Positions 11,655 to 23,569 of a stretch of DNA of 64,000 nt are shown one piece after another; the first letter of the stretch is position 1; every line of letters starts with the position of its first letter. The translations under genes and the position numbers were made by a program. Source of the stretch: Oopsacas minuta (Eukaryota; Animalia; Porifera); the NCBI GenBank assembly GCA_024704765.1, contig JAKMXF010000321.1, forward strand, positions 682,001 through 746,000. Reading direction: 5' to 3'. Below the pieces are notes generated by a model. That model made no database searches. It saw only the letters and a list, made by a program, of their open reading frames with translations, and had not been told where the DNA came from.

Positions 11655-14600
11655 TTAATCAATGTACAGAGTGAATAGGAGGTCAACTGGTATCTTATAA
11701 GATCTCAGGGTAGCTACAGCTCCATACATAAACTCCTTTAGCTCGAGGTTCAATAAAAATGCATTATCTGTATAATACAATGTTGTGTATGTGGATTTTG
11801 ACATTACTCCAATCCACTCGTGTAGGATCTGATGGGACAATGACGTCATCAAAAATACGTATATCTTCTCTATAGGTCCACTCCTATTATTGTAATCTTC
11901 TAGCTTACTGAATGTGGTTATAAACCTGTTTTGTGAAGATGATTTGTTAACTGATTGAGACAAGGAGAATTTCATATCAACTAGAATATGAGAGAAATAA
12001 ATCCATAATTGTGTGAATGGGTTTTTAGTACAATTTAATTCGTATAGCAACATTTCAACTAATAGAGGAATTAAACGATTTTCTCCTAACACTAAATATG
12101 TCAGTGAATGTACTGCTAGTCTAGGTTCTGTGAAATAATGTATGACGTCACGAATTGAATCTTGTAGACGAGTTTTAATACATTCAGAAGGACTATCACT
12201 ATCAGAAGTTCCTTCAAATCGAATATTTAAACTATTCTGTTGGGTTAGATACTTCCTTGCAGCGAAGTAATACTCTACACTTTCATCTTTCTGTTTTTCA
12301 CTTAGATTTCTGTTAGCTTCTATGACATACAAATTTCCAGTCAGATTGTTAGTTATTTTAATGTTATTGATAAACACGTCTGGATTCAAACCTCCATTAT
12401 CGTGTCCGACTCTCACACCAAGGATGTGTCCAATATTGTGACATTTGAAAGTGCAGAAATGAGAACCCTTTGGTAGTTTGATGACGTCAGTCCTTCCTAG
12501 CGTCCCTGATACGACTAGCCATAAGACTGAAGTATGTTTTAGCACTGTTCTAGCTATAGATAGTGTAGCAGAGTAGTTCAGTTCTGATTGAGGAAAATCG
12601 TGTGTAAAACAAGAAAATTCCACACAAGATAAACTATCCAAATGGTATAGCAACTGTTCTAATTCAGTGTCAGTACGTATGAAAGATGATTTGTGATAAT
12701 TTGTATTGATGTATGTCGTTAAAGATAGAAGCTCTTTGACACGTGTCGAGAGAGATTGTTTCTCCAGAAGTAATTTAATCCACATACGTACTCTACCTAT
12801 ATCTGTCATTATACAATCTTGATCCAGGATATGCTGTACCTCTGTTATAAGAGGATTTGTAGCTGTGCCAACAGAGCCACGACGAGTATCTAGTTCTCTG
12901 TGAGGAGAACTAGGGATAGAATAGCTGAAGGAGCGAGACATGGCGTATTTTGATTTGAATCTCTTCTTCTTTGTATCAAGTGCAGGTAGCATAACTGAAT
13001 TAAAAGATTGAATAATTGAGTTATGTTTGTAAGCTAGTATATGCTCCCATAAATGAGAGCCATCCGTTTGTGATGTATATCCATGTCGCCAAATATTCTC
13101 CAATGCTTCTATCGAGTTTGAAATCAATCCTTTATCCTCAATACTCATTGAACTGTATTTCCTATGTCCAATCAATATCCTATCTGTATCACTTGTATTT
13201 AGATCTGGTTCATAATGATTACGTAATGTCAATGTGACATGATGAGTGATCAGCTGTTTGATACGTAGACTAGCTTGTCTAAGTAAATCAGACAATTCTA
13301 CTGCTATTAAATGTGGGTAATCCAACGTGTCTCTGTCTGACTCAGTTTCTATGTCGTGAATATCATGAGAATTACAGCAGGTAAATATTCCTGGGCTTGA
13401 ATCGTTATCATTCGAAATCCCGCATGCCAATGGTACATGCATGTTGTCAGGGAGAACACCGTTGTATCCATGCAGTGGAGGTGAGCCATCAGAAATTTCT
13501 ATAGGCATAGGAGCTGTTGTATCTTCTATAGTTTGTGAGTTCTTTACTCTAAATATGAATTTCTCACAAGTTGTATTATAATTACCCACTGGAAATACCA
13601 ATTTAGATGTTTCATTGTTTTGTGATAGGTGACTGATAAAAAGCTTAGCGATTGGATGTGTGACGTCATTCGGTGTTATATTCTCTATTAAATCGTCTAT
13701 GAATTTAGTGAACATTTGGGTTTCAAAAAAGAGCGATAAAAATTCTCGATCTTTCGTTGTATTTTCAGATAAAAAAGCAATTTTATCAAAAGTTCTTGTC
13801 AGTAAAGTTTCTGAGTTTGGTTTTATAATGAACTTAGCTACGTGACTGAAAGTGTTGAGAAACAAACTGTAAAATATATTCCTAACTTTACAATCAAACT
13901 CCATCCTAGAAATGAAATCTTTTGTGAAAATCTCAGAAGAATTGTACTCTTCAAGAATTGGTGAGATTTCAGGTATATTTGAATCTCTTCGCTTGGATGA
14001 ACTTTGAACTCTAATATTAGAAAGTTCTTTCACGAGAGACATTAGTTCTGTGAGAGAAGAGACTTGTTCTTCACTTGTCTCTAAGCTCCTACTATTAGAT
14101 AATAAATGCGTATTGTATAGCTTAGTCAATTCGGTATGTATCTGTTCTGAGAAAGGTAATTGAGGGATGTAATGTTCAGAGAAATCTACGGAAGATGTGG
14201 TGAGATTTATTCGGCAATAAGCACCTGAGAATTTCAAATCGGAATCAAAACGATTTTCTCTTTGATGGAGCCAGCCTATTATGAATGGCAGGGGAGCATC
14301 CAGGAACTCCACTGAAGGAGAAGGTAATATAGGTACATACGGGTATGTCCAGAAAAATGGGTAAATTAGAGAAGACAAACTTTCACAAAAGTAATGGAGT
14401 TTATCTAGATTATCAGATTGTATGAGAATGCTATGCTCCAGTAGAATACAAGTTACAACCTTTACAAGAATACTTGGGTTTAGAAATCTACACAATTGGG
14501 TATAACCCAGCTGGAATAATGGCAAATCATCTTTTGAAGGAAGTATACTATACAAATGTGTATCTGTTGGTGAATGTATTCTAAGAATACTATCATAGGT

Positions 14601-15038
14601 AGGGAAAGTTACGTTATTTATAAGATTGTATATAAAACTCCCAAAAGTAATTTCAGTTTTTGGAGAAGAAAGCATTTTTAGTATTTCTGACAAATAGCTT
14701 TGTAACGTTGAGTAGAATGGGAACTGAGAAATGAGTACAATACTCTTGGAAACATAGTAAGCACTGGTATGACTATTGTCTGGTATTGTAACACAGGATC
14801 CGTAATATTTTGATCCATTTCCTCTCGTCACCAGAAAATTGTGAGTGATAGGATCAAAGGCGTTGTCTCTGATAATCAAACCAAATGGCATACTAAGAAG
14901 TTGAATAGCAGAGTCTTCGTATATGTGTACTGTGTCAGGGTAGCTGTATATTTTGGTAGGGAGGGTGTCTCTAGTTATTTGAGACTCCTGGGGACACCCG
15001 AACACAAGGAAGTAATCAGCCAAGGCTATAGAATTCAT
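11655..15038 (-). CDS. DENND5: DENN domain-containing protein 5 (Rab6IP1)-like Rab GEF, single exon
   Basis: uDENN/DENN (YPYVPILP, DAPLPFIIG), dDENN (FFETQMFTKFI), RUN (IGRVRMWIKLLLEKQ), PLAT (GVRVGHDNGGLNP) and a second RUN-like region, in DENND5 order. 1127 aa. Confidence 0.88.
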   Translation of the reverse strand: MNSIALADYFLVFGCPQESQITRDTLPTKIYSYPDTVHIYEDSAIQLLSMPFGLIIRDNAFDPITHNFLVTRGNGSKYYGSCVTIPDNSHTSAYYVSKSIVLISQFPFYSTLQSYLSEILKMLSSPKTEITFGSFIYNLINNVTFPTYDSILRIHSPTDTHLYSILPSKDDLPLFQLGYTQLCRFLNPSILVKVVTCILLEHSILIQSDNLDKLHYFCESLSSLIYPFFWTYPYVPILPSPSVEFLDAPLPFIIGWLHQRENRFDSDLKFSGAYCRINLTTSSVDFSEHYIPQLPFSEQIHTELTKLYNTHLLSNSRSLETSEEQVSSLTELMSLVKELSNIRVQSSSKRRDSNIPEISPILEEYNSSEIFTKDFISRMEFDCKVRNIFYSLFLNTFSHVAKFIIKPNSETLLTRTFDKIAFLSENTTKDREFLSLFFETQMFTKFIDDLIENITPNDVTHPIAKLFISHLSQNNETSKLVFPVGNYNTTCEKFIFRVKNSQTIEDTTAPMPIEISDGSPPLHGYNGVLPDNMHVPLACGISNDNDSSPGIFTCCNSHDIHDIETESDRDTLDYPHLIAVELSDLLRQASLRIKQLITHHVTLTLRNHYEPDLNTSDTDRILIGHRKYSSMSIEDKGLISNSIEALENIWRHGYTSQTDGSHLWEHILAYKHNSIIQSFNSVMLPALDTKKKRFKSKYAMSRSFSYSIPSSPHRELDTRRGSVGTATNPLITEVQHILDQDCIMTDIGRVRMWIKLLLEKQSLSTRVKELLSLTTYINTNYHKSSFIRTDTELEQLLYHLDSLSCVEFSCFTHDFPQSELNYSATLSIARTVLKHTSVLWLVVSGTLGRTDVIKLPKGSHFCTFKCHNIGHILGVRVGHDNGGLNPDVFINNIKITNNLTGNLYVIEANRNLSEKQKDESVEYYFAARKYLTQQNSLNIRFEGTSDSDSPSECIKTRLQDSIRDVIHYFTEPRLAVHSLTYLVLGENRLIPLLVEMLLYELNCTKNPFTQLWIYFSHILVDMKFSLSQSVNKSSSQNRFITTFSKLEDYNNRSGPIEKIYVFLMTSLSHQILHEWIGVMSKSTYTTLYYTDNAFLLNLELKEFMYGAVATLRSYKIPVDLLFTLYID

Positions 15039-15172
15039 TCTAAAACAAAATACGGTATAACTCGGATTAAGACGGACTTTAGTTTAGTTCGTACTTTTTT
15101 CAAAAACTGATTATCAATTTTTGTACTAATTGTATAGGAAGAATATTCGGATAAGACGTACTTCGGTTTGTA

Positions 15173-15274
15173 CAGTGAATTCCGGTTATAAGAACATCGT
15201 CGGGAACTGGACTTAATGTTCTTATTACCGGCATGATCATATAACCGGCATGTTCTTATATCCGGCATCTACTG
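15173..15274. mobile_element. Tc1/mariner-pogo-like MITE, 102 bp
   Basis: TA-flanked. TIRs CAGTGAATTCCGGTTATAAGAACA and rc CAGTAGATGCCGGATATAAGAACA. Located about 135 bp upstream of the DENND5 ATG. Confidence 0.75.
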
Positions 15275-16115
15275 TACTAATTTTAGTTTCCCGAGGGTTC
15301 TACTCTAAGTTAAAGATTTCGAAGCAGACCAAACAGGACCATTTTGATGCCCTATTTAATATATATATGCCTATTTACGGAACGGGACAGGATTTAATTG
15401 AGAAAATTAAAACTAATCCATTGTCATAAGTTTGACCTTGAAAATCACAGATTTGTAGAATAACGGTTGTCCTGTATTAGTTTCGATATTTCATGTTTGG
15501 TGCTAATCAATTTGTAAGCATTACATAAAATCATAAATATAATACCGCCTAGAAACCTTCCCTCTTAAATCCTGTCGAAAGGTGTCCTTTGATATCCACG
15601 ATTAGAATGAAGAAAAATTGTTCAAGAGGTATTTCTAGAAATCTTAGGCCACTTTTCCCAACGCGAATATGCTTCAAGACTTATAAAGCTATGAAGAGGT
15701 TTTTTGAACCCTTTTATATCCATATCTACACTAGTAATTGACTCTATCCTGTATATACACACTAGACTTTGTGAGCATGCACACGGCACAGGTAACTGGA
15801 TTAAGATACTGAAAATATATACGCATATTACCAAGTAATGATTAGGATATTACACTATGAAACATGCCTACGAGGAGTCATATTATTTTCAAAATGCTTC
15901 ATAGACCATCATAGTGCTTTCAGGTTCGTAAGGCAAAAAGGAATTTTATCATACGTGGATGATGAACACAATAATTCGACAAGGAATATGTACAATTTCT
16001 GGGATAAACCATAGTTATATAATAATTACGAATACTGAATTATTAGTATATAACTAACGGTAAAAACCTATATTCTTAGATCTTAGTAATTATCTAACTT
16101 TATGATTTAGTAGCA

Positions 16116-19100
16116 ATGGCTTACAAACTAAAGAGAATTGGTAAGAAAGCATACAAATTCGAGTACACTCTAACACTACACAGCCTCGCAATAGAGGTTT
16201 CCCGTCCCAAATATAGTCCGAATCAAGTCTCAATAGCTTTCTCTCGCAGAGGCAAACGCCTCTTCTCAAAACTCCTAAAATGGGAGCCTTCAATCAACAA
16301 GCCATGTCACGGTTACGTAGTATGGCCTGAACCAGAATCAATCACTACCATTGTCACACTTTACAAGGGACATAAAGATAAAACATACGAGTTCAAAGAA
16401 TGGGAAGTTAGCATTATAGAAGTTACACGTGAAGGCAAGAAGAAATGTTTAGGCAGGAAAGCTATAAATATGTCAGAATATACTGGTGATGTCATTGGTA
16501 ATAACCAAGATCTCAAACTACGACTAACCCCATCTGGTCGTAGATTGAAAATCTTATTCATAGATTGCTCGCTAAACTCGAGATTTATACGAGCAGGTAA
16601 ATCAACAGATACTGATATGAATAGTCAAACTAGTCAGATGAGTGTTTCAGGCCTCAGCGCTATATCTGATATGGAAGATCTCGATCTAGCTGATGTTAAT
16701 GACCTAGATATTGATTTGAATGAACCAGAGACATGTGAAGTAGATGTAGTTGAGCCGTCTCTTTTCTCTCCTCCCAAATTCATCAAGCAAGAAGACCTCC
16801 TCGCATGGAGTAAGAAATGTGTACAGGGTTACCACGGGGCGAGTATACACAACTTCACAACATCTTGGAGAAGTGGACTCGCATTCTCTGCAATAATCCA
16901 TCACTTCCATCCAGAGCTACTAGACTATGAGAGCTTAGAACCAAATGACGTCACGGGTAATAACAAAAAAGCATTCGATGCTGCTAGCTCTCTGGGAGTG
17001 CCTCTTATTATTCGTCCCGAGCAGATGAACGAATGGCTGGTACCTGACAGATTATCTGTCACAGCTCTAATCTACCAGCTGTATATACGATTTGAGAGTG
17101 AAACTTTACACCCTCCTACAAACACAAACTCTTCATTAGATACAGCTACTACTGACAAACACGATACACATACAATTTCTGAAATATCTGAGCACACGCG
17201 AGAGGAGAGTAACAAAAAACAGAAGAGACAACTCCCTCCTACACCCAAACAAACACCCACGATTAGCCCACAGACTCAGAGGAGAGTAAAAGAATTCTTA
17301 TCAAATCTCGACCATTCACCTAAATCTCAGAATAACAAAGATGTATTCAGTAATTACAAACAGGAGAAAAGACAGAAAAATCAAGAAATAAAGAGTTCTA
17401 CATTAGACCCTATTAAACACAGTCCTTTCTTTGGTAGGAAGGCAGAAAGGAAACAAAAGTCACTGAGTAACCATAGACAAGAACAACCTTTCATTCCAGA
17501 CGAGATAAGCAGGAATTCTGGAATATTCACAGAGAGTATTGAAATGGAGTTCAGCAAGATTGATAGCGAGTTTGATTCTCATGAATTATTTGATAACACA
17601 TTACTGAAGCGAGCAGAGAACGAGCTTACCCCTAGTCTGGGTAGAATATCTCCTCAGAAAGAGAAAACACAATTCTTAAAGGAAATGGCCTCGATAGGTA
17701 AAACTAAACCACAAGAATCTCTACTAGACATAGTCAGTGACCCAGCTATGTTACATGAAACTAAACTACTAAGAAAGAAAGATTCTAAGAAATCTATCAA
17801 TCCTCTCTACTCCAGTCAGGAATCTGATTGTTTCTCGTCCTCCGATACTTCTATTACAGACCCTGGTACAGCTATGGTACCCTCTAAACTAACCACTACA
17901 GTTACAGCCTCCCTCAAGATAAAAGAGACCATAATACCCCCTATAAGCAGTAGGAAAGATAGTTATGATAAAGTAGAGATTCGTTTTGATAAGCCACCGA
18001 ATCAAGAGAAGAAGAAAAGTGTTAAAAAGACCGTGGATACTAAAATAAATTCTACTCAAGATTCTGATACAGGAAAGACGAAGACAGCTGCTGTAACGAA
18101 ACTCGATAAAGTCAGGGCTCGTATAAAAAGTAGGAAAAAGCCAAACCGTAAGAGAGCACAGGTTAAAGAGTGTGAAGTTGAGCATACCCTCTTACTCAAG
18201 AAATATGCTTCTGTATCACAGATAGATGCAATGCAGGATGGAGACAAGGTACAGGAAATTTCAGATGGATGTGTTTCAGACCAAGATATATTAACAGAGT
18301 TTGAAACCAGTAAGCATAAATCAGCATTAAATACAAAATCACAGAGCTATGGCTCTGTAACAGATCGTGATAAGTTAAATAGTGACAGTAATGATAATGA
18401 AGAACCATCCTCTTATTCACATCTATTAATATCTGATCACACATCTACTGATCCTATAAATCCTACTTCCTCAAGCAGACTGCTAGATGTATATAATACC
18501 CGTATTGCTCCTGTAGTCACTCAAAACAAGGATTCTAAACTGATTCTACCTAAAGAGCCTGTAGTTAACATACAAGATCCTCAATACAATTATCCAATAG
18601 TTACTCAACATAAAGATCCGATAATGACAGAACCTATAGAGCCTATACAAACTCAACATAAAGTGACACAATTTAACGAGCATGTACCTGTAATGAGAGA
18701 ACACAATACTGAATCTATCCATAACACCATGGATAATACTAAGAGTAATGAACCAGTACAGAAACGAACTCCCTCTCTATCAGAAGTTTGTCATAACCCA
18801 TTAAATGATAGTATTATATCTACAGAGGAAACTGATTATGTAGCACACATGCAGAAGAAATTGTGTAGCATGCAAATATCAATACAAGCTAGACAGTCTG
18901 ATCTACGTGATCGTATCGTAGAAGCAGAGAGAGTATCTGACACAGAGCTACATGATCAGCTGTTAGAGCAATGGTTTCAATTAGTACAACAGAAAGCACA
19001 GCTTGACAACAGATACGATGACCTTATTCTAATCTCAGAGGCTAGAGATCTTAGCATGAAGGAGGAATTACTGCGTAAAGAGCTAGAACATAAGATGCAA

Positions 19101-19334
19101 ATAGACAGGAGTATAAAGAGCAGAGAACAGATATGGGAAGAAGAGATACTTTGTGGAGAGATTGTACAGATTGGTAAAGAGAGAAAACACATGCAAGACG
19201 AATTGAATAGATCAATACAACATGATACATACGATACTTCTATAGAAGTAAAGCCTAAGCCTGTCAAAGTAAAGACAGAAAATAAAAGCAAAGAATTGGG
19301 ATGGAGAGACAAACTATTAAACATATTAGCTTAA
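16116..19334 (+). CDS. EHBP1: EH domain-binding protein 1-like (NT-C2, CH, bMERB), single exon
   Basis: NT-C2 N-terminus (KRIGKKAYKFEY..., WPEPESITTIVTLYK), CH domain (LLAWSK...NFTTSWRSGLAFSAIIHHFHPELLDY) and C-terminal bMERB (LLEQWFQLVQQK). Confidence 0.9.
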   Translation: MAYKLKRIGKKAYKFEYTLTLHSLAIEVSRPKYSPNQVSIAFSRRGKRLFSKLLKWEPSINKPCHGYVVWPEPESITTIVTLYKGHKDKTYEFKEWEVSIIEVTREGKKKCLGRKAINMSEYTGDVIGNNQDLKLRLTPSGRRLKILFIDCSLNSRFIRAGKSTDTDMNSQTSQMSVSGLSAISDMEDLDLADVNDLDIDLNEPETCEVDVVEPSLFSPPKFIKQEDLLAWSKKCVQGYHGASIHNFTTSWRSGLAFSAIIHHFHPELLDYESLEPNDVTGNNKKAFDAASSLGVPLIIRPEQMNEWLVPDRLSVTALIYQLYIRFESETLHPPTNTNSSLDTATTDKHDTHTISEISEHTREESNKKQKRQLPPTPKQTPTISPQTQRRVKEFLSNLDHSPKSQNNKDVFSNYKQEKRQKNQEIKSSTLDPIKHSPFFGRKAERKQKSLSNHRQEQPFIPDEISRNSGIFTESIEMEFSKIDSEFDSHELFDNTLLKRAENELTPSLGRISPQKEKTQFLKEMASIGKTKPQESLLDIVSDPAMLHETKLLRKKDSKKSINPLYSSQESDCFSSSDTSITDPGTAMVPSKLTTTVTASLKIKETIIPPISSRKDSYDKVEIRFDKPPNQEKKKSVKKTVDTKINSTQDSDTGKTKTAAVTKLDKVRARIKSRKKPNRKRAQVKECEVEHTLLLKKYASVSQIDAMQDGDKVQEISDGCVSDQDILTEFETSKHKSALNTKSQSYGSVTDRDKLNSDSNDNEEPSSYSHLLISDHTSTDPINPTSSSRLLDVYNTRIAPVVTQNKDSKLILPKEPVVNIQDPQYNYPIVTQHKDPIMTEPIEPIQTQHKVTQFNEHVPVMREHNTESIHNTMDNTKSNEPVQKRTPSLSEVCHNPLNDSIISTEETDYVAHMQKKLCSMQISIQARQSDLRDRIVEAERVSDTELHDQLLEQWFQLVQQKAQLDNRYDDLILISEARDLSMKEELLRKELEHKMQIDRSIKSREQIWEEEILCGEIVQIGKERKHMQDELNRSIQHDTYDTSIEVKPKPVKVKTENKSKELGWRDKLLNILA

Positions 19335-20190
19335 CAGTCGTATTGTTTTGTATGTAAATATACTCTGTGTATATGTTATATCATCCATTCTATCATAAAT
19401 CAAACTTATTTTCTTATACAATTGTTTGTAATATTATTTACTAATATTGTGTATATATATATATATATATATATTGGAATCGTTACATTCATATTCAGTT
19501 GTTCACACTCGATACACAGTATGTGGGCTCGATGCATTTGGTAGATTAATTGACATATACAGCTGGCTCTGTTTATTCGGGAACTCATTAATTCGAGCAG
19601 TTCTATTCAGCTGAGTTTCCATTAACTGAATTGTTTGTTATCTCTATTCAAAAGTATTCATTGAGTCTGCTTGTATCATATGAAAGTGTCCCGATTAAGA
19701 GGAAACTTTCATATTCTAGCATTAGAAATTCACCAGCAGTTAAGTCTATTTTTAGCAATCATAGAAAATACAGGGACCCAAGAAAATACTTATCCATTGA
19801 CCATCGTTATCACTAATGATTATCATAAATTTCAATACTTTCTCAGTGACACATAGCATATATGGACAGTGTATTATCAAAACAGGGCTATTGAGTATTT
19901 ACCTATAGAGGCCGTCTGCATGTGACAATATTGTTTTTATTATACGATATTACACTTATATTATTGTAATGTATTTTATCTAATAATCGATTAAGATATA
20001 AATAAAGCTTATTGATACTACATTTGTATTCATCAACTATTACGGCTGTTGTATTTACGTTTTCTCCAAAGCCAAAGACGAGTTGAAGTTCAACACAATT
20101 CAGCATGTGAGCCTTGTATAGGGATAACTATGTTATTTAAGCGTGAAATAACCACATTTTATAGCAAATTAGCCACTTTTTATTGCAATA

Positions 20191-21507
20191 ATGGTATCTA
20201 CGAATCAACTGCGATACTTCATATTCTTGTCAATATTTTTAATCTTATGGCTTCTGATATTCTTACACTCTTATTACCAAACGAAAGGCAATGAACGAAC
20301 TCTAGACGAAAAGTTGGAGTCTATTGATGACATTTTGAATGAGAAAATACAAGAAAATTTAGCTGAAATATTAGAAAAATGGTCAAACACTGAGGTAAGA
20401 TTACAACAAGTAGAAGAGAAGCTAGGTAATATAAAGTTAGATGAAATAGAGGTTGTCGTATCTCACACCAAAGAAGCGAAGAGAACTATTACATACTTAC
20501 ATAAAATAGCTATACTAATAATAGCCTGTAATAGAGTAGAAGTGAAATCTATCATACAACAGACTTTGGAATACTCACAAGATAGAGAAACATTCCCTCT
20601 GTTTGTGAGTCAGGATTGTGGAGACGTGGCTACCAAACGGGTTATCCTAGAGTTCAAATCTCAGCTCACATACTTAGAGCACAATAACAAGACACAGATT
20701 GAAGTAGGACCTAGAGAGACACACATGATTGGCTACTATAAGATATCACGACATTACAAATGGGCTATTGATCAAGTATTCGCATACAACAGTGAAATAG
20801 ATAGTTTAGTAATCCTTGAAGATGATATGATTATTAGTTTTGACTTTTTCGATTACTTCAAGTCCATGCGGCCTCTGCTAGACATTGATACAACTGTGTG
20901 GTGTATTAGTGCATGGAATGACAATGGTAAAGTAGAACTAGCTCACGATAACTCTCTCTTCTACAGAACTGATTTTATGCCTGGCCTTGGTTGGATGTTG
21001 ACTAAGAATGTTTGGAATGAATTGCGTGTGAAATGGCCTCCAGCATTTTGGGATGATTGGATGCGAGGAGATGAAATACGAAAGAATCGAGTATGTATTC
21101 GCCCTGAAGTATCACGTACCAAACTCTACGTGCAGAAAGGAGTATCTGGCGGTTTATTCTTTGATAGATTCTACAAGTATTGGGCACTCAATGATAAGGA
21201 ATTTGATTTTAATTCATTTGATATCAATTCACTAGCAAAAGTAACATATGATCATAATTATTTCCTGGTATTAAGAAATGCAAAAACAGTATCAGCTGAT
21301 GAGATAGTAAATAACAATCTGGAAGCTAATGTCCAATACAAAATACTCTACAAAGATTATCAAGAATATAAACGACTAGCTAACAGGTTTGGACTGATGG
21401 ATGATGAGCGAGGTGGAGTATTGAGGACTGCTTACCATGGTGCTGTTACATTCTACTATGTTAATAAGTATGTACATTTAGTGCCGGCTGAACTGTTGAA
21501 ATCTTAA
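20191..21507 (+). CDS. MGAT1: Alpha-1,3-mannosyl-glycoprotein 2-beta-N-acetylglucosaminyltransferase (GnT-I), single exon
   Basis: Type II TM anchor. GT13 motifs IACNR, VSQDC, YYKISRHYKWA, ILEDD, CISAWNDNG, RTDFMPGLGW, WPPAFWDDWMR and CIRPE. Confidence 0.96.
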   Translation: MVSTNQLRYFIFLSIFLILWLLIFLHSYYQTKGNERTLDEKLESIDDILNEKIQENLAEILEKWSNTEVRLQQVEEKLGNIKLDEIEVVVSHTKEAKRTITYLHKIAILIIACNRVEVKSIIQQTLEYSQDRETFPLFVSQDCGDVATKRVILEFKSQLTYLEHNNKTQIEVGPRETHMIGYYKISRHYKWAIDQVFAYNSEIDSLVILEDDMIISFDFFDYFKSMRPLLDIDTTVWCISAWNDNGKVELAHDNSLFYRTDFMPGLGWMLTKNVWNELRVKWPPAFWDDWMRGDEIRKNRVCIRPEVSRTKLYVQKGVSGGLFFDRFYKYWALNDKEFDFNSFDINSLAKVTYDHNYFLVLRNAKTVSADEIVNNNLEANVQYKILYKDYQEYKRLANRFGLMDDERGGVLRTAYHGAVTFYYVNKYVHLVPAELLKS

Positions 21508-21825
21508 TTCTATTTTATTAATGTGTTTGGTTTTTAATAAAGACAATGTCCTTAGTAATATTTAAAACTGACGCCTGCGAAATAATCATATAATAGTCTA
21601 TAATAATATATTCAACGTTGACTATGCAAGCTATTTCTAGCATAGATTCCCCCACTTTATTCAAACAATGGATTAGCTCTATAGCAAACTATTTCCAATG
21701 AATATTGAAAGCTGATCTCCTCCATCTATTTTCTATCAATGTAATATATGCTCAGTATATCTACTAAAATTCCTATAGAAATGAATAGTAATTACTTATA
21801 AACTGTAATATCAATTATTTTGACA

Positions 21826-23241
21826 ATGGCATCTAAGAACAAACGCAATTCTTCTAATATCTACCAAGAGAACTTGGTAGAAGATGACATTGATGAATTA
21901 TTGTACCTCAAAACAAGGCACGGATATGGTGGATACAATCCTAACTACTTCTTTAATGAACCGAGTTCTAGCAAGAGAATACCTGTATGTTCAAGTTGTA
22001 GCGGAATTGTACGAGAATCGCAAAGAGTTGTGGAATGTGACCATATCTTTTGTAAAAAATGTCTCGACAATCTGGCCAGCTGTCCAGAGGATGGTTTGGT
22101 ATTCCTGGATATTAAGATAGAGAAAATGAAGCAAACTGACAAACATATTCTACAAAGGAAAATACATTGTCCATTGGCTGGAAGGAACTGTGATTGGAGA
22201 GGGAAACTCAGTGAACTTGATGGTCACATAAAAAGATGTCTCTTCATCCAAATAAAATGTCAAAACGGTTGTCCTATAGTGTATGCTCGAACAGAACACG
22301 AGAGTCATGAGTCTTCTTGTACAGCGAAGCAACAAGAATGCAGATACTGTGGGAAAATAATGGTTGGGAGGGAATTGATCGTTCATGAAAGTAGAGAGTG
22401 TCCTGAAACACCAATGGAATGTCCATACCATTGTGCTAATGGAGTTATCACGAGGAAGGAATACGAACAACATATAAATGAGAATTGTCCGGCAATGATA
22501 ATACAATGTCCCTTCTTAAAATATGGTTGTTACACTGCACTAACGAAAGTGGAAATGAACTTGCATGTAGAGAAAGATCAGGCAAGGCATCTAGGATATG
22601 TTTGTGATAAAGTTACTCAGTTAGAAAATGAGAATGAGCTTGCTGTCAGAAAGATAGACGAACTTTCCTCAGAGTCTGAAGCTCAAAAATCCTTTAACGA
22701 ACAAATGCAGTATGAATTGGACTCACTCAATGAGAAAATGTTAATACTCTCTCTCAACTCAACCACTATACTACAAGATGCAGCCTCTTCTATCGGAGTA
22801 TTAACCTGGCACGTACCGGCTATTAAAACTCGCTGGAGTAAAAATGAACTTAAATTAACCAGCAAGCCTCTTTACTCCGGACCCAAGGGCTACAAGTTTG
22901 TGATGGAGATTGACTGTTGCGAGAGAGATAACACTAACTACTTGTCAGTATACGTGAGGCCAATGAGAGGTGTATTCGATCTTATGTTAATCTGGCCATT
23001 CACTGGTGAATTCGTTTTCTATGTTTTGAATCAATTTGATGATAGCAACCATTTCAGTAAATCTCTTATACTCAATGAGAAGCTTCATTTTGATCGAGTA
23101 GAACAAGATCCATCAGCTGACAGACTGGGTATTGAGGATTTCATATCAGATTCTGAAATATACTCTTACTCTAGGTATGGTGGAGTGTATTTGAGAATTG
23201 AAATTATTCCTAAGTTTGTTATCCCTCTCTGGTTAATTTAG
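21826..23241 (+). CDS. TNF receptor-associated factor (RING, TRAF zinc fingers, coiled coil, MATH), single exon
   Basis: RING (CSSC...CDHIFCKKC...CPED), repeated C-x-C/H zinc fingers and a MATH domain (LTWHV, LYSGPKGYKF, LIWPFTG). ATG at 21826; paralog not assignable. Confidence 0.9.
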   Translation: MASKNKRNSSNIYQENLVEDDIDELLYLKTRHGYGGYNPNYFFNEPSSSKRIPVCSSCSGIVRESQRVVECDHIFCKKCLDNLASCPEDGLVFLDIKIEKMKQTDKHILQRKIHCPLAGRNCDWRGKLSELDGHIKRCLFIQIKCQNGCPIVYARTEHESHESSCTAKQQECRYCGKIMVGRELIVHESRECPETPMECPYHCANGVITRKEYEQHINENCPAMIIQCPFLKYGCYTALTKVEMNLHVEKDQARHLGYVCDKVTQLENENELAVRKIDELSSESEAQKSFNEQMQYELDSLNEKMLILSLNSTTILQDAASSIGVLTWHVPAIKTRWSKNELKLTSKPLYSGPKGYKFVMEIDCCERDNTNYLSVYVRPMRGVFDLMLIWPFTGEFVFYVLNQFDDSNHFSKSLILNEKLHFDRVEQDPSADRLGIEDFISDSEIYSYSRYGGVYLRIEIIPKFVIPLWLI

Positions 23242-23569
23242 TATAGTTTGTTAATTATAATCATACTATCGTATTTACACACAATATTCTCCATAGTCTA
23301 TTTATTTATATATTGGTCGTTTCTTTAATTGTTAGTATTCTTAAAATAATATGTTTATACTTATATTATAGGCCATGTTATTTGGAAGTGTTTCAGCTCA
23401 ACCGCTCGGCTCCGTCTGCATAAGTTAACCTGCAGCATGAATATTATCATTATTCGAATTATTGTCAATATTTCACCATGTTCTCACTTCTCAGTGAAAT
23501 TCAACTACACAATATCTATGTCATCGTCCAATTTGAGTATCCGCCAGATACTCAATTTGGACGGTAATA

